Source of the DNA: Xanthobacteraceae bacterium
GTDB taxonomy: Bacteria > Pseudomonadota > Alphaproteobacteria > Rhizobiales > Xanthobacteraceae
NCBI GenBank assembly: GCA_035652315.1
Contig: DASREA010000034.1
Span: 15,631 to 79,630, forward strand
DNA: 64,000 nucleotides
Direction of reading: 5' to 3'
Under the pieces are notes generated by a model. The model made no database searches. It was given only the letters and a program-made list of their open reading frames with translations, and was not told the DNA's origin. Position 1 is the stretch's first letter. Each line of letters begins with the position of its first letter. Made by a program: the position numbers and the translations under genes. Shown here piece by piece: positions 29,492 to 39,906 of the stretch.

Positions 29492-29790
29492 CGCGGTTTC
29501 GCAAACCGCGCACTCGGGCGGCGCCGAACCCCGACCCCCGGGTACTAAGGCCCGGGCACTAGGAGCTAGTAGCCGCAGGGCGATACGATAACGCCCGTAC
29601 GCGGTGAGCGCGGGACGGACGCCGTAACGGACACCGCCGCGGAGCGCCGAAAGGCGCGCGCCTCTTCCAAAAGAAGAGGCGCGCCATGGCCGCAAGGCCA
29701 TGGCTCAAAGAAGCCGAAGCGCCTTCCCGGCGCTCCGCTCCCCTCGTTTTCGAGGGGACGAAGAAAGGAATGCGGCGTGGCCCGCGCCGC
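29492..29790. other. Hairpin-dense non-coding stretch (candidate structured RNA or REP-like palindrome cluster)
   Basis: At least eight stable stem-loops lie within ~300 nt: 29492-29510, 29537-29556, 29644-29657 (GAAA loop), 29656-29684 (12 bp), 29684-29703 (8 bp, GCAA loop), 29718-29734, 29739-29758 and 29772-29790. There is no credible ORF. Confidence 0.5.
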
Positions 29791-29897
29791 CAAGAACAGG
29801 GCCGGCGGAGCGTTGGCTAAACAGGCGTCAGTAATGCAATCAGAAAAAATGCGCTTACCCCTTCTGATTACGGATTACTGAAGACCGATCCCTGGCA

Positions 29898-30167
29898 TCA
29901 ATGCAGCCGGAATTCGCCGTCGACAGGCCGGATTTCCGCGGGATGGATCAACCGCGAATGTGCCACCGTCACCGAATGCAGGGGTCCTTCGAGGCTGTTC
30001 TGCCAAAACGCGAGAAAGCGTTGCAACGCGGGAAATTGCGGAAAAAGATCGTAGGCCTGCCAGACGAACGTCTGCAACAGCCAGCGGTGATCCGGACGCC
30101 GATAAAGAATCCGCGCCGTGGTCAGTCCATAGCCTTCGACCTGTTTCTTGAAGTCCTCCGAAACCAT
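29898..30167 (-). CDS. usg: Usg family protein
   Basis: 89 aa from ATG 30167: MVSEDFKKQVEGYGLTTARILYRRPDHRWLLQTFVWQAYDLFPQFP... Confidence 0.75.
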   Translation of the reverse strand: MVSEDFKKQVEGYGLTTARILYRRPDHRWLLQTFVWQAYDLFPQFPALQRFLAFWQNSLEGPLHSVTVAHSRLIHPAEIRPVDGEFRLH

Positions 30168-30381
30168 GTTGCCCTCCGCGCCAATGGAATCCGAGTTTCC
30201 GTATCCCGCGCCCTTCATTGCAAGCCTCATTTCTAAACAAATCGTGCATATTCAATGCCTTAGCAGCAGCTCACGCGCCCTGCTGACAGAACCCGGCGCC
30301 CGCCGGGAAAAAGCAACGCGGCCAGCGGGCCGCCGTTCCCCCGGCCTGCGGGCAAGGCTAAGTCTTTGATCGAAAAAGGGG

Positions 30382-30408
30382 TTGGCACTCAGCAGTAAGG
30401 ACTGCTAA
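30382..30408 (+). promoter_or_regulatory. CIRCE (HrcA operator) inverted repeat
   Basis: TTGGCACTC-N9-GACTGCTAA against the consensus TTAGCACTC-N9-GAGTGCTAA (8/9 in each arm). It lies 130 nt upstream of groES. Confidence 0.8.
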
Positions 30409-30425
30409 AAATTTTCCGTCGACCC

Positions 30426-30453
30426 CTTGTGCGGCGGGAAGCGTGCCTTATGT
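30426..30453 (+). promoter_or_regulatory. Candidate RpoH (sigma-32)-type promoter of groESL
   Basis: CTTG (30426-30429), N17, CTTATGT (30447-30453). This fits the alphaproteobacterial heat-shock promoter consensus as I recall it (CTTG-N17-CYTATNT). Confidence 0.4.
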
Positions 30454-30537
30454 CGCGCTCACGCTGCGCCGGAAAATCCGCCGGGGCGGCGCCTCACCAG
30501 AATAAACCTAAGTCTTTCAGCAATTTAGGAGGACAGC

Positions 30538-30855
30538 ATGAAATTCCGTCCGCTTCACGACCGTGTCGTGGTCGAGCGCGTCACCGCCGAGGAGCGTACC
30601 GCGGGAGGGATCATCATCCCCGACACGGCGAAAGAGAAGCCGCAGCAGGGCAAGGTGATCGCCGTCGGCCCCGGCGGCCGCGACGAAAACGGCAAGCTCA
30701 TCCCCATCGATGTCAAAGCCGGCGATCTGGTGCTCTTCGGCAAATGGTCCGGCACCGAGGTCAAGATCGACGGCAAGGAATACCTGATCATGAAGGAAAG
30801 CGACATCATGGGCGTCCTCACCGACGCCGAAGCGTCGCGCAAGAAAGCCGCTTAA
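30538..30855 (+). CDS. groES: Co-chaperonin GroES
   Basis: [15 protein letters not shown]...[24 protein letters not shown], with an AGGAGGA SD. Confidence 0.97.
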   Translation: MKFRPLHDRVVVERVTAEERTAGGIIIPDTAKEKPQQGKVIAVGPGGRDENGKLIPIDVKAGDLVLFGKWSGTEVKIDGKEYLIMKESDIMGVLTDAEASRKKAA

Positions 30856-30916
30856 GTCGCAACCATCCCATCATCCTGGAAGACGCGGTCAGGCCGCTGC
30901 TCAGGATGAGTTCTAA

Positions 30917-32560
<1,644 letters not shown>

Positions 32561-32583
32561 TCGATCCGGCACTCGAGAATGCT

Positions 32584-32617
32584 AAGGCCCGGGAGCAATC
32601 CCGGGCCTTTTCCTTTT
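32584..32617 (+). terminator. Rho-independent terminator after groEL
   Basis: 11-bp stem AAGGCCCGGGA / TCCCGGGCCTT with a GCAA loop, followed by TTTTCCTTTT. Confidence 0.85.
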
Positions 32618-32762
32618 CAAGCCGCCGCGGCACGCCGCGCGTCAGTCGGCGATGCGAGACGAACGGTGCAGCTATGCGCGGTCCATGTCGCGCCTTGCGC
32701 CGTTCGATGTCATGAGCGGATATCTACAAGCGCACAGCAATTACTTCGCAATGGAGATAACA

Positions 32763-33212
32763 ATGTCACAGCGCTTCAATCTCCGTCAGGTCGCGCCCGA
32801 AGGATACAAGGCGTTCGGCCCGCTTTATCAGTACATCGAGACGTCGGGCCTCGACCGCAAACTGGTCGATCTTGTGTTCCTGCGCGTTTCGCAGATCAAC
32901 GGCTGTTCCTATTGCGTCGACCTGCATTGGCGCGACCTGGTTAAGGCCGGCGAAGACCAACGCAGGCTCAATAGCCTAATCACCTGGAAGGAAGCGCCCT
33001 TCTTCAGCCCACGCGAGCGCGCCGCGCTGGCCTGGACCGAAAGCCTGACCAATATCGCCCAGACCGGCGCGCCCGATGCCGACTATGCGCTGGTGAAGGC
33101 CGAATTCAGCGACAAGGAGATCGGCGATCTCACTATCGTCATCGCGCTGATGAATGCCATGAACCGCGTCGGCATCAGCTCACGGCTTGCTCCTGCCCTG
33201 CAAGTCGCCTGA
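32763..33212 (+). CDS. Carboxymuconolactone decarboxylase-family (AhpD-like) protein
   Basis: CxxC-type motif in QINGCSYCVDLH and AhpD-like helices. I moved the start to ATG 32763 (MSQRFNL). Confidence 0.75.
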   Translation: MSQRFNLRQVAPEGYKAFGPLYQYIETSGLDRKLVDLVFLRVSQINGCSYCVDLHWRDLVKAGEDQRRLNSLITWKEAPFFSPRERAALAWTESLTNIAQTGAPDADYALVKAEFSDKEIGDLTIVIALMNAMNRVGISSRLAPALQVA

Positions 33213-33587
33213 GGCGCTGCTTTTTGGGTGGAGTCACCCGAAAGTGGCCGTCCGCGATGACAAAGACCCTACACTGCATCGCGGTTGAAGAGCACTGTAA
33301 CGGGAAGACGTGACAACATGATCGGCAAAGACGGCGGGGATTTCAAACCGGCGAAGCAAGGCGACAAAAGTTCATTCACGAAGCGAAGCTGCGGGCGCCG
33401 GCGGCGGCCATGGCTTTGATCGAGAGCCTTGGCGAGCCGCGGGCCGCCAAAAAATGAAAACGACCAGCAACGAAAAGGCGCGCGTACATCCGGCGTCGCT
33501 CAAATCGCTGTGGTCGTCTAGGGCGGCCGGAGCAAAAGCTGCCGTCCGCCGCATGTGCCGCATATAGTCTCTATTGGTGACAATTCA

Positions 33588-34049
33588 ATGACACGGCGAA
33601 CCCCCATTTTCACCATCGGTTACGAGCAGGCACCTTCGGCGGCGGTTCTAAAGGAGCTGAAACGCGCGAAAATCGGGCTCGTCGTCGATGTGCGCGCCGT
33701 TTCGGCTTCGCGGCGGCCCGGCTTTTCCAAGCGCCAGCTTGCCGCCGCGCTCGACCAGGAAGGCATCGATTATCTGCACCTGCGCGCCTTGGGCACGCCG
33801 AAGGAAGGCCGACTGGCGGCGCGTAGCGGCGATCTCAAGACGCTGTTCCGGGTCTTCGAGAAGCACCTGAAATCGGCGGCGGCGCGCGAGGAACTGGATG
33901 AGCTCGTCGCCCTCGTCAAAGATGGACGCCGCATCTGCCTTCTCTGCTATGAACGCGATGCTGCGCATTGCCACCGCCGGCGCCTGGCGGAATTGGTGCA
34001 TGAGCGGGCCCGCGCGCCGGTCGAAAATCTCGTGCCGCAAGTATTTTGA
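33588..34049 (+). CDS. DUF488 family protein
   Basis: Shows IFTIGYE, LVVDVRAVSASRRPGFSK and ICLLCYERDAAHCHRRRLAE. I moved the start to ATG 33588. Confidence 0.75.
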   Translation: MTRRTPIFTIGYEQAPSAAVLKELKRAKIGLVVDVRAVSASRRPGFSKRQLAAALDQEGIDYLHLRALGTPKEGRLAARSGDLKTLFRVFEKHLKSAAAREELDELVALVKDGRRICLLCYERDAAHCHRRRLAELVHERARAPVENLVPQVF

Positions 34050-34057
34050 GCGGGCGC

Positions 34058-35284
34058 TTATTCGGCCGGCAGCGCACGGGCAACGGTGCGGCCGGGCTGC
34101 GCCAGCGTCGCCAAGATCGCCACTCCGATGGCCGCGAGCAGAAACAATAGCGTCACCGCCGCCGTCACCAGCAGCACCAGCGCAAAGCCGCCCTGCTCAT
34201 GGAAGCGCGCGATCATCTCCACCGCGGCTCCGGCGCTGATAAACAGCAGGAAATAGCGCACGGCGTAGAGCCTCCCGCGCCAGGCATCGGCACTGAAGCG
34301 CGCGAGCACCATATCGGTCACCGTCACCTGGCCATAGATCGCGACCATCACCAGCGCCAAGGCAAGCATCAGCCACAGGCCGCTTGCCGTGGTCGCCCAC
34401 ACCGTGCCGACGAGACCGATGGCCACGATCACGGCGAGCAGCACATGCGGTGCGATCCACTCCACGAGGCGGCCGACGGCAAGCTGCGCGGCGGCGCCGC
34501 AGAAAAACACCGTCGTGGCGAGGCCGCCGACCGCGGCCAAGCCCACTTGGCCGCCCAAGCGCTCTTCGACGATCTTGGGAACCGCCACGCTGATGGCGTT
34601 GAAGATCAGGCCCGCCGAAAGCGCGATGACGAGAAATAGCCCAAACATCATGAGCGCGAGGCGTGGCGACAGTGGCGCCGCCGGCGACGACTGACGCTTG
34701 CCGAGCTGGTGCCGGTCGTCGGCAATCGACCACCAAAAGATCGGCGCCGTCGCCAAACATACGCCTGCCGGCACTAGGAAAGCGCTGCGCCATCCCAGCC
34801 AAGATGCAAGAGCGGCAGTGGTTCCCGCGGCAAGCGCTGCGCCGAGATTGCCGCAAACGCCGTTGAAGGCCAGCGTGCGTCCGCGCGCCTGCGAGGCTTC
34901 TATCAGCATGGCCATGCCGACCGGGTGATAGATCGCGGCGAAGACTCCGAGCAGAAACAGCGCCGCCGCCAGCGCCGGCAAATTCGGCGCATAGGCGGCG
35001 CCGACGAGCGACAAGCCGCAACCGGCATAAAAGAGTGCCATCATGTTGCGCCGGCTCCAGCGGTCGGCCAGCCACCCGGCCGGCAGTGAGAACAGTCCGA
35101 AGGCGACGAAGGAAGGGGTGCTGAGCGCGATCAATTCCGCATAAGGGCGCCCATAGACCCCCTCCAGGCTGAGGACTGCGGTCGGGAAGATCAGCAGCAC
35201 ATAGTGATCGACGGCGTGCGCCCAGTTGAGAAATCCAATAGTCCGCCGTTTTACCGGCTGCGTTTGTTCGCCCTTGGTATCCAT
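34058..35284 (-). CDS. MFS transporter
   Basis: 408 aa with about 12 TM segments and the MFS loop motif GWLADRWSRR. Confidence 0.85.
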   Translation of the reverse strand: MDTKGEQTQPVKRRTIGFLNWAHAVDHYVLLIFPTAVLSLEGVYGRPYAELIALSTPSFVAFGLFSLPAGWLADRWSRRNMMALFYAGCGLSLVGAAYAPNLPALAAALFLLGVFAAIYHPVGMAMLIEASQARGRTLAFNGVCGNLGAALAAGTTAALASWLGWRSAFLVPAGVCLATAPIFWWSIADDRHQLGKRQSSPAAPLSPRLALMMFGLFLVIALSAGLIFNAISVAVPKIVEERLGGQVGLAAVGGLATTVFFCGAAAQLAVGRLVEWIAPHVLLAVIVAIGLVGTVWATTASGLWLMLALALVMVAIYGQVTVTDMVLARFSADAWRGRLYAVRYFLLFISAGAAVEMIARFHEQGGFALVLLVTAAVTLLFLLAAIGVAILATLAQPGRTVARALPAE

Positions 35285-35413
35285 TCGCGGCTCCTTTCCC
35301 TCCCTATACTCCTTTTTGCTTATGCGTCACTTCGCCTTTTGATGTGACTCGCGGATCGATGCCCTCATAAGCTGCAAGCAACGCATAAAAACGCCGCCGT
35401 TCGAAGGCGGGGA

Positions 35414-36169
35414 ATGAGGCGGGGGAATGCCTCGATGCGCGGCAAGTCGAGGGCCGCAGGCCTGCTCGCGGCGGCGGTACTAGTTTGTGCGCTTGTCCCG
35501 GCGGCGGCCGACATGCTGGAGGATGCCCCTCCGCCGCCGACGACGCTCTATTTCTTCGGCGCCGATCTCTGGCATGAAGGCGATTTCCTGCACGGCGGCG
35601 TGCTTTGGTCGCCCAAAGGGCTGGCGCAAGACGGCTTTACGCTGAAGCTGATCTTCGGCGCGGGGGCATATCAATATCATTCCGGCGCCTTGGGGGACAC
35701 CGAAGTGACCGGCCGGCAAACGCTCGCATCCTTGATGCCGGGCTGGCGTTTCAAGCGACCCGATCTCGAACTCACCATCTTCGGCGGAATCGATCTGCAG
35801 CATCACAAACTCAGCACCGACGACCCCAGCAACGGCATCGCGGGTGATCATGCCGGATTGCGCGGTGGATTCGATCTCTGGTACCAACCCAGCCGCGGCA
35901 CGATGTTCGCCGCCAACGCGTCGCTTTCCACGATCAGCACGAGCTATGACGCCCGCGCGTCCTATGGCTGGCGGCTATGGCACCGTTTTTACGCCGGGCC
36001 CGAAGTGCAGGCGCTGGCCAGCGACGGGTACCGGCAATACCGCTTTGGCGCGCATGTAACAGCATTGAAGTGGCAGACATTCGAGCTATCCGCCGGACTG
36101 GGCTATGCACGGGACTCCAGCCACCGCGATGGAGCCTATGGACGCGTCGGCCTGATCACGCGACGCTGA
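35414..36169 (+). CDS. Outer-membrane beta-barrel protein, BcsS-like
   Basis: Signal peptide (AAGLLAAAVLVCALVPAAA), alternating beta-strand pattern and an aromatic-rich C-terminal part. The resemblance to the BcsS family is from memory. An alternative start is ATG 35435. Confidence 0.5.
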   Translation: MRRGNASMRGKSRAAGLLAAAVLVCALVPAAADMLEDAPPPPTTLYFFGADLWHEGDFLHGGVLWSPKGLAQDGFTLKLIFGAGAYQYHSGALGDTEVTGRQTLASLMPGWRFKRPDLELTIFGGIDLQHHKLSTDDPSNGIAGDHAGLRGGFDLWYQPSRGTMFAANASLSTISTSYDARASYGWRLWHRFYAGPEVQALASDGYRQYRFGAHVTALKWQTFELSAGLGYARDSSHRDGAYGRVGLITRR

Positions 36170-37327
36170 TCAATCGAGCGTGCGGCGGAAACGCGTAACC
36201 GCAATAGCCATGGCGATCAACATCAGCGCGAACAGAGACATCGTGTCGAAGCGCAGATCGGCAATCGACGAGCCCTTCAGCATGATTGAACGCACGATGC
36301 GCAAATAGTGCGTCAGCGGCAGAGTTTCTCCAATCCATTGTGCCCACCGCGGCATTCCCGCGAACGGAAACATGAATCCGGAGAGAAGGATATTCGGCAG
36401 AAAAAACATGATCGACATCTGCATCGCTTGCAGCTGGTTCTGCGCGATGGTGGAGAAAGTATAGCCGATCGACAAATTGGTCGCGATGAAGAGCGTGCTG
36501 AGCCCCGCGAGCACGGCGAGATTTCCCATGACGGGAACCCCGAAAAGAAGTACGCCGACGCCGATAATCATCGCGGCCTGCACGATACCCACCATGATAT
36601 AAGGCACGATCTTGCCGAGCATGATTTCAACAGGCGTGATCGGCATGGCGAGCAGATTCTCCATCGTGCCGCGCTCGATCTCGCGGGTCACCGACAGCGC
36701 GGTGAAGATCAGCATGGTCATGGTCAGGATAGTGCCGACGAGACCGGGCACGATATTGAGCTGATTCTCGCCCGCCGGGTTGTAGCGCGGATGCGCGACG
36801 ATCTGGAAAGCCGGAGCGGCAACTTCGGGAACGGCGTGATCGTGCTGAAGCGCGCTCTGCACTGCTTGAGCCAATGCGCCGATGGCGGACCCGGACGCCA
36901 CCGGATCGGTGGCATCGGCCGTGATAAGCATGGAAGGTTTGTCGCCACGCCGCACGGCGCGCTCAAAATTTGCCGGAATCTCGAGGGCGAACAGCACCTT
37001 CCCGGCGGCGAGAAGATCGTCCAGCGCCGCCTCGCTTGCCGGCAAATGGGTGACGTCGAAATAGCCGGTATTCTTCAACGCCGCGAGAATCGAACGGCCG
37101 AGATCGCTATTCTCCTGTAATAACACGGCCGTGGGCAGATGCCGAGGATTGGTATTGATCGCGTAACCGAACAGCATCAATTGCACGAGCGGGATCATGA
37201 TGATCATCGCAAACGACAGCCGGTCGCGTCGCAACTGGATGAATTCCTTGATCAGGACAGCCCCGGTCTTGCGCCAGAAACCGTCGGCGGGCCGGCGCGA
37301 AACTTGATGCGCGAGAACGTGGCTCAT
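36170..37327 (-). CDS. ABC-2 type transporter permease (YbhS/YhhJ-like)
   Basis: I moved the start to ATG 37327 (MSHVLAHQ...), which makes an ATGA overlap with the ATPase stop. It has a large extracytoplasmic loop after TM1 and then five TM segments. Confidence 0.85.
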   Translation of the reverse strand: MSHVLAHQVSRRPADGFWRKTGAVLIKEFIQLRRDRLSFAMIIMIPLVQLMLFGYAINTNPRHLPTAVLLQENSDLGRSILAALKNTGYFDVTHLPASEAALDDLLAAGKVLFALEIPANFERAVRRGDKPSMLITADATDPVASGSAIGALAQAVQSALQHDHAVPEVAAPAFQIVAHPRYNPAGENQLNIVPGLVGTILTMTMLIFTALSVTREIERGTMENLLAMPITPVEIMLGKIVPYIMVGIVQAAMIIGVGVLLFGVPVMGNLAVLAGLSTLFIATNLSIGYTFSTIAQNQLQAMQMSIMFFLPNILLSGFMFPFAGMPRWAQWIGETLPLTHYLRIVRSIMLKGSSIADLRFDTMSLFALMLIAMAIAVTRFRRTLD

Positions 37328-38289
37328 TGGAAATTGTCCTTGGCGGCGCCCATCAGGTCGATGAACACGTCCTCGAGCGAGGGTTCGGACCGCGTCCAAT
37401 CGAGGTGGTCGCGATCCCGATAGCGGGCAATGGTGCTCTCCAGCGCGGCGGCGTCACGGCCGGAAACGTGCAAGCTCGTTCCGAAAGGCGCCACCATCTC
37501 GACGCCCGGCTGGCCGGCAAGCTCCTCCGCCAACCGGACCAGCGCAGCGCCATGCGTTGCGGTCACGATATAGGTCGTAAGATGCGCGGCGGCGATCACC
37601 TCTTCGACGGTGCCATGCACCAGCAAATGTCCGTAGGCGATATAGGCAATCGCATGACAGCGCTCGGCCTCGTCCATGTAGTGGGTCGAAACGAGCACGG
37701 TCAGGCCTTCCGCCGCGAGCCCGTGAATCTCGTTCCAGAAATCGCGGCGCGCTTTCGGATCGACGCCGGCGGTCGGCTCGTCGAGCAGGAGCAGCTTGGG
37801 ACTGGGCAGTGTGCATGCGCCGAGCGCCAGCCGCTGTTTCCAGCCACCCGATAATTCGCCGGCGAGCTGGTCTTCGCGGCCGGAGAGGCCGAGCCGCTCG
37901 ATCGCGGCACGCGCCGCCTGTTGCGGATTGTCGATACCATAGATGCGCGCGACAAATTCCAGATTTTCCCGCACCGAAAGATCCTGATACAGGCTGAAAC
38001 GCTGGGTCATGTAGCCGACTTGCAGCTTGATCTTGTCGGCTTCAGTGCGAATGTCGTAGCCGAGGCATGTACCCCTGCCCGCGTCCGGCGTGAGCAAACC
38101 GCAGAGCATGCGGATCGTCGTCGTCTTCCCAGAGCCGTTGGGGCCGAGGAAGCCATAAATCGTCCCGCGCGGTACCTGCATCGATAGCGAATGCACGACC
38201 TCGCGCCCGTTGAAGGATTTGCTCAAACCTTCAACGTCGATCGCGATCTCCGGCACCTCACCCGTGCTTTGCGCAGGCATCGACATCAT
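37324..38289 (-). CDS. ABC transporter ATP-binding protein
   Basis: Walker A GPNGSGKTT, signature LSGGWKQRL and Walker B LLLLDEP. The start ATG 38289 (MMSMPAQ) overlaps the upstream hlyD-family stop codon (38286-38288), so the two reading frames share 4 nt. Confidence 0.9.
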   Translation of the reverse strand: MMSMPAQSTGEVPEIAIDVEGLSKSFNGREVVHSLSMQVPRGTIYGFLGPNGSGKTTTIRMLCGLLTPDAGRGTCLGYDIRTEADKIKLQVGYMTQRFSLYQDLSVRENLEFVARIYGIDNPQQAARAAIERLGLSGREDQLAGELSGGWKQRLALGACTLPSPKLLLLDEPTAGVDPKARRDFWNEIHGLAAEGLTVLVSTHYMDEAERCHAIAYIAYGHLLVHGTVEEVIAAAHLTTYIVTATHGAALVRLAEELAGQPGVEMVAPFGTSLHVSGRDAAALESTIARYRDRDHLDWTRSEPSLEDVFIDLMGAAKDNFQ

Positions 38290-39041
38290 CGTTTCGCCGC
38301 GAGTGAAACGGTCACCGGCTGGCCGACGCGGAACGCTTCCGGCTTCTCGGGCCGCGCCTCGATCAGGAAAACGAGCTTGGACCGCTCCTCCAAGCTGTAG
38401 ATAACCGGCGGCGTGTATTCCGCGGTCTGCGCGATGAAGCTGATTTGCGCGGTCAAATCCGGAGCGCAGCCGTCGCAACTCACGGCTACCGTTTCGCCGA
38501 GAGAGAGGCTGGGCAGGACAGTTTCCGGCACGAAAAACCGGACTTTGATATTGCCCGGTGGTAGCAGAGAAATAACGGGCCGCCCGGCGGGGACAATCTC
38601 GCCCACGCGGAAATAGACCTCCTGTACGCTGCCATTCGCCGGGCTCGCCACCTTGCGCCGCGCCAGATTGGTTTGTGAGGATTTGAGCTTGGCTTCGGCG
38701 GTGCGCAGCGCCGCTTCGGCGTCGTCGAGCGCTTTCTGCGTGCCGGCGTTGCTCTTCACCAGGGCCTGCGCGCGCTGGAATTCCTTTTGCGCGTTGGCGA
38801 GCGTGGCTTCGCTTTCGCGCAGGTCCGCCTGCTGCAAATCATCGTCCAGCGTGAACAATGGCGCTCCCATGGCGACCTTGTCGCCTTCGCGCACCGACAA
38901 ATTCTCAAGCCGGCCCATCTCGTGCGGCCCGACGAAGACAAGGTCGGCTTCGATCCAGCCCTGATAGACGCCAGTCGGTTTATTCCCGCAGCCGGTAAGC
39001 GCCGCGATCAGCGCCAGCCATACAAAATGGCGAAGTCTCAT
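38286..39041 (-). CDS. HlyD-family membrane-fusion (periplasmic adaptor) lipoprotein
   Basis: Lipobox LIAALTGC, a coiled-coil hairpin (QQADLRESEATLANAQKEFQRAQAL...AEAKLKSSQTNLAR) and a beta-barrel domain. The start ATG 39041 makes an ATGA overlap with the tetR stop. Confidence 0.85.
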   Translation of the reverse strand: MRLRHFVWLALIAALTGCGNKPTGVYQGWIEADLVFVGPHEMGRLENLSVREGDKVAMGAPLFTLDDDLQQADLRESEATLANAQKEFQRAQALVKSNAGTQKALDDAEAALRTAEAKLKSSQTNLARRKVASPANGSVQEVYFRVGEIVPAGRPVISLLPPGNIKVRFFVPETVLPSLSLGETVAVSCDGCAPDLTAQISFIAQTAEYTPPVIYSLEERSKLVFLIEARPEKPEAFRVGQPVTVSLAAKR

Positions 39042-39727
39042 GGCGCTTGCTCCTTGCGGAAGATCAAATCGAAATAGGCGCGCATGAAGGCCTCCGCATC
39101 GAGTTTGGCCCAACGGTCGAACAGCCCGCTCCAGACAATCGCGACAATACCCGCGGCGCCGAGCAGTTGCGGAAAGCGCACGAGCGAATCATTGGGCAAT
39201 TCGCCGCGTTCGCGCGCGTGCTCCGCAAGAGTGCGGAGCACGCCAACCACATGGCTGATGACCTCGCGATAATAGAACTCGGCAATGGCCGGAAAGCGCG
39301 GACCTTCCGTCAGAACCAGGCGAATGACGTTCTTGCGGCGGGTGGCAAAAATCTCGCGCACGAACAGTTCGACGAGACGCTCGGCGACCACGCCCAAGGG
39401 AAGATCGACCATTGGCGCCCTCTCCAGCGCCTCGACTACCGGGCTTAGCTCGGCCCGGACCAGTTCCTGAAACAGCGTCTCTTTATCGCGGAAGTAGAGA
39501 TAGATCGTACCCTTTGCGACATTCGCCCGGCGCGCGACATCGTCAAGACGCGCCGCCGCGAAGCCGCGCGCCGAAAATTCCTCCAGCGCGGCGGTGAGAA
39601 TTGCCTGCCGGCGCTTCTCGCCTTGCGCTGCGCGAGCTCCACCGCCGCCGGCACGCTTGCGCGATGGGCGCGAGCTTTTCGCCGCGCTGGCCGCCGCCGC
39701 TGATTTCCTGCGTGACTTGGCCACCAA
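39038..39727 (-). CDS. TetR/AcrR-family transcriptional regulator
   Basis: N-terminal HTH (ILTAALEEFSARGFAAARLDDVARRANVAKGTIYLYFRDKE). The start is TTG 39727 or GTG 39724. Confidence 0.85.
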   Translation of the reverse strand: MVAKSRRKSAAAASAAKSSRPSRKRAGGGGARAAQGEKRRQAILTAALEEFSARGFAAARLDDVARRANVAKGTIYLYFRDKETLFQELVRAELSPVVEALERAPMVDLPLGVVAERLVELFVREIFATRRKNVIRLVLTEGPRFPAIAEFYYREVISHVVGVLRTLAEHARERGELPNDSLVRFPQLLGAAGIVAIVWSGLFDRWAKLDAEAFMRAYFDLIFRKEQAP

Positions 39728-39736
39728 CGTGCGTCC

Positions 39737-39754
39737 TGACTGACCAGTCAGTCA
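39737..39754. promoter_or_regulatory. Candidate TetR operator (perfect 7-4-7 palindrome)
   Basis: TGACTGA-CCAG-TCAGTCA, 10-27 nt upstream of the tetR start codon. Confidence 0.5.
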
Positions 39755-39906
39755 TTATCTTAGCGCGGGATCCTCCGGGCGGCAATCCCGGGCAGGCGCC
39801 GCAGCCGCGACGCGGGCGCGGCGCGCCGCCGATTACAAAACGTCGATGAAAAGGCGGGGAATCCGCACCTCGTGGCCGCTCCGCGGCCGCGGCGGCGGCG
39901 GGGAGC

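Noticed and set aside
29382-29793. ORFs 29382..29591 (+), 29390..29701 (-) and 29566..29793 (-) inside the hairpin-dense region.
   Set aside because: They are Arg/Ala/Gly/Pro-rich with no SD. They are built from the arms of palindromes, and the palindromic structure explains the open frames.
29250-29897. Idea that the structured region is tmRNA, RNase P RNA, SRP RNA or a riboswitch.
   Set aside because: I looked for an ANDN-type tag reading frame and a tRNA-like T arm (tmRNA). I also looked for GAGGAAAGTCCGGGC (RNase P), GGAAGCAGCC-type SRP motifs and a B12 box, and found none. There is also no downstream gene in the sense orientation for a riboswitch. Its identity remains open.
33318-33419. 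Short ORF (MIGKDGGDFKPAKQGDKSSFTKRSCGRRRRPWL) in the 375-nt gap between the AhpD-like and DUF488 genes.
   Set aside because: It is 33 aa with no SD and a basic low-complexity tail. Nothing supports it as coding.
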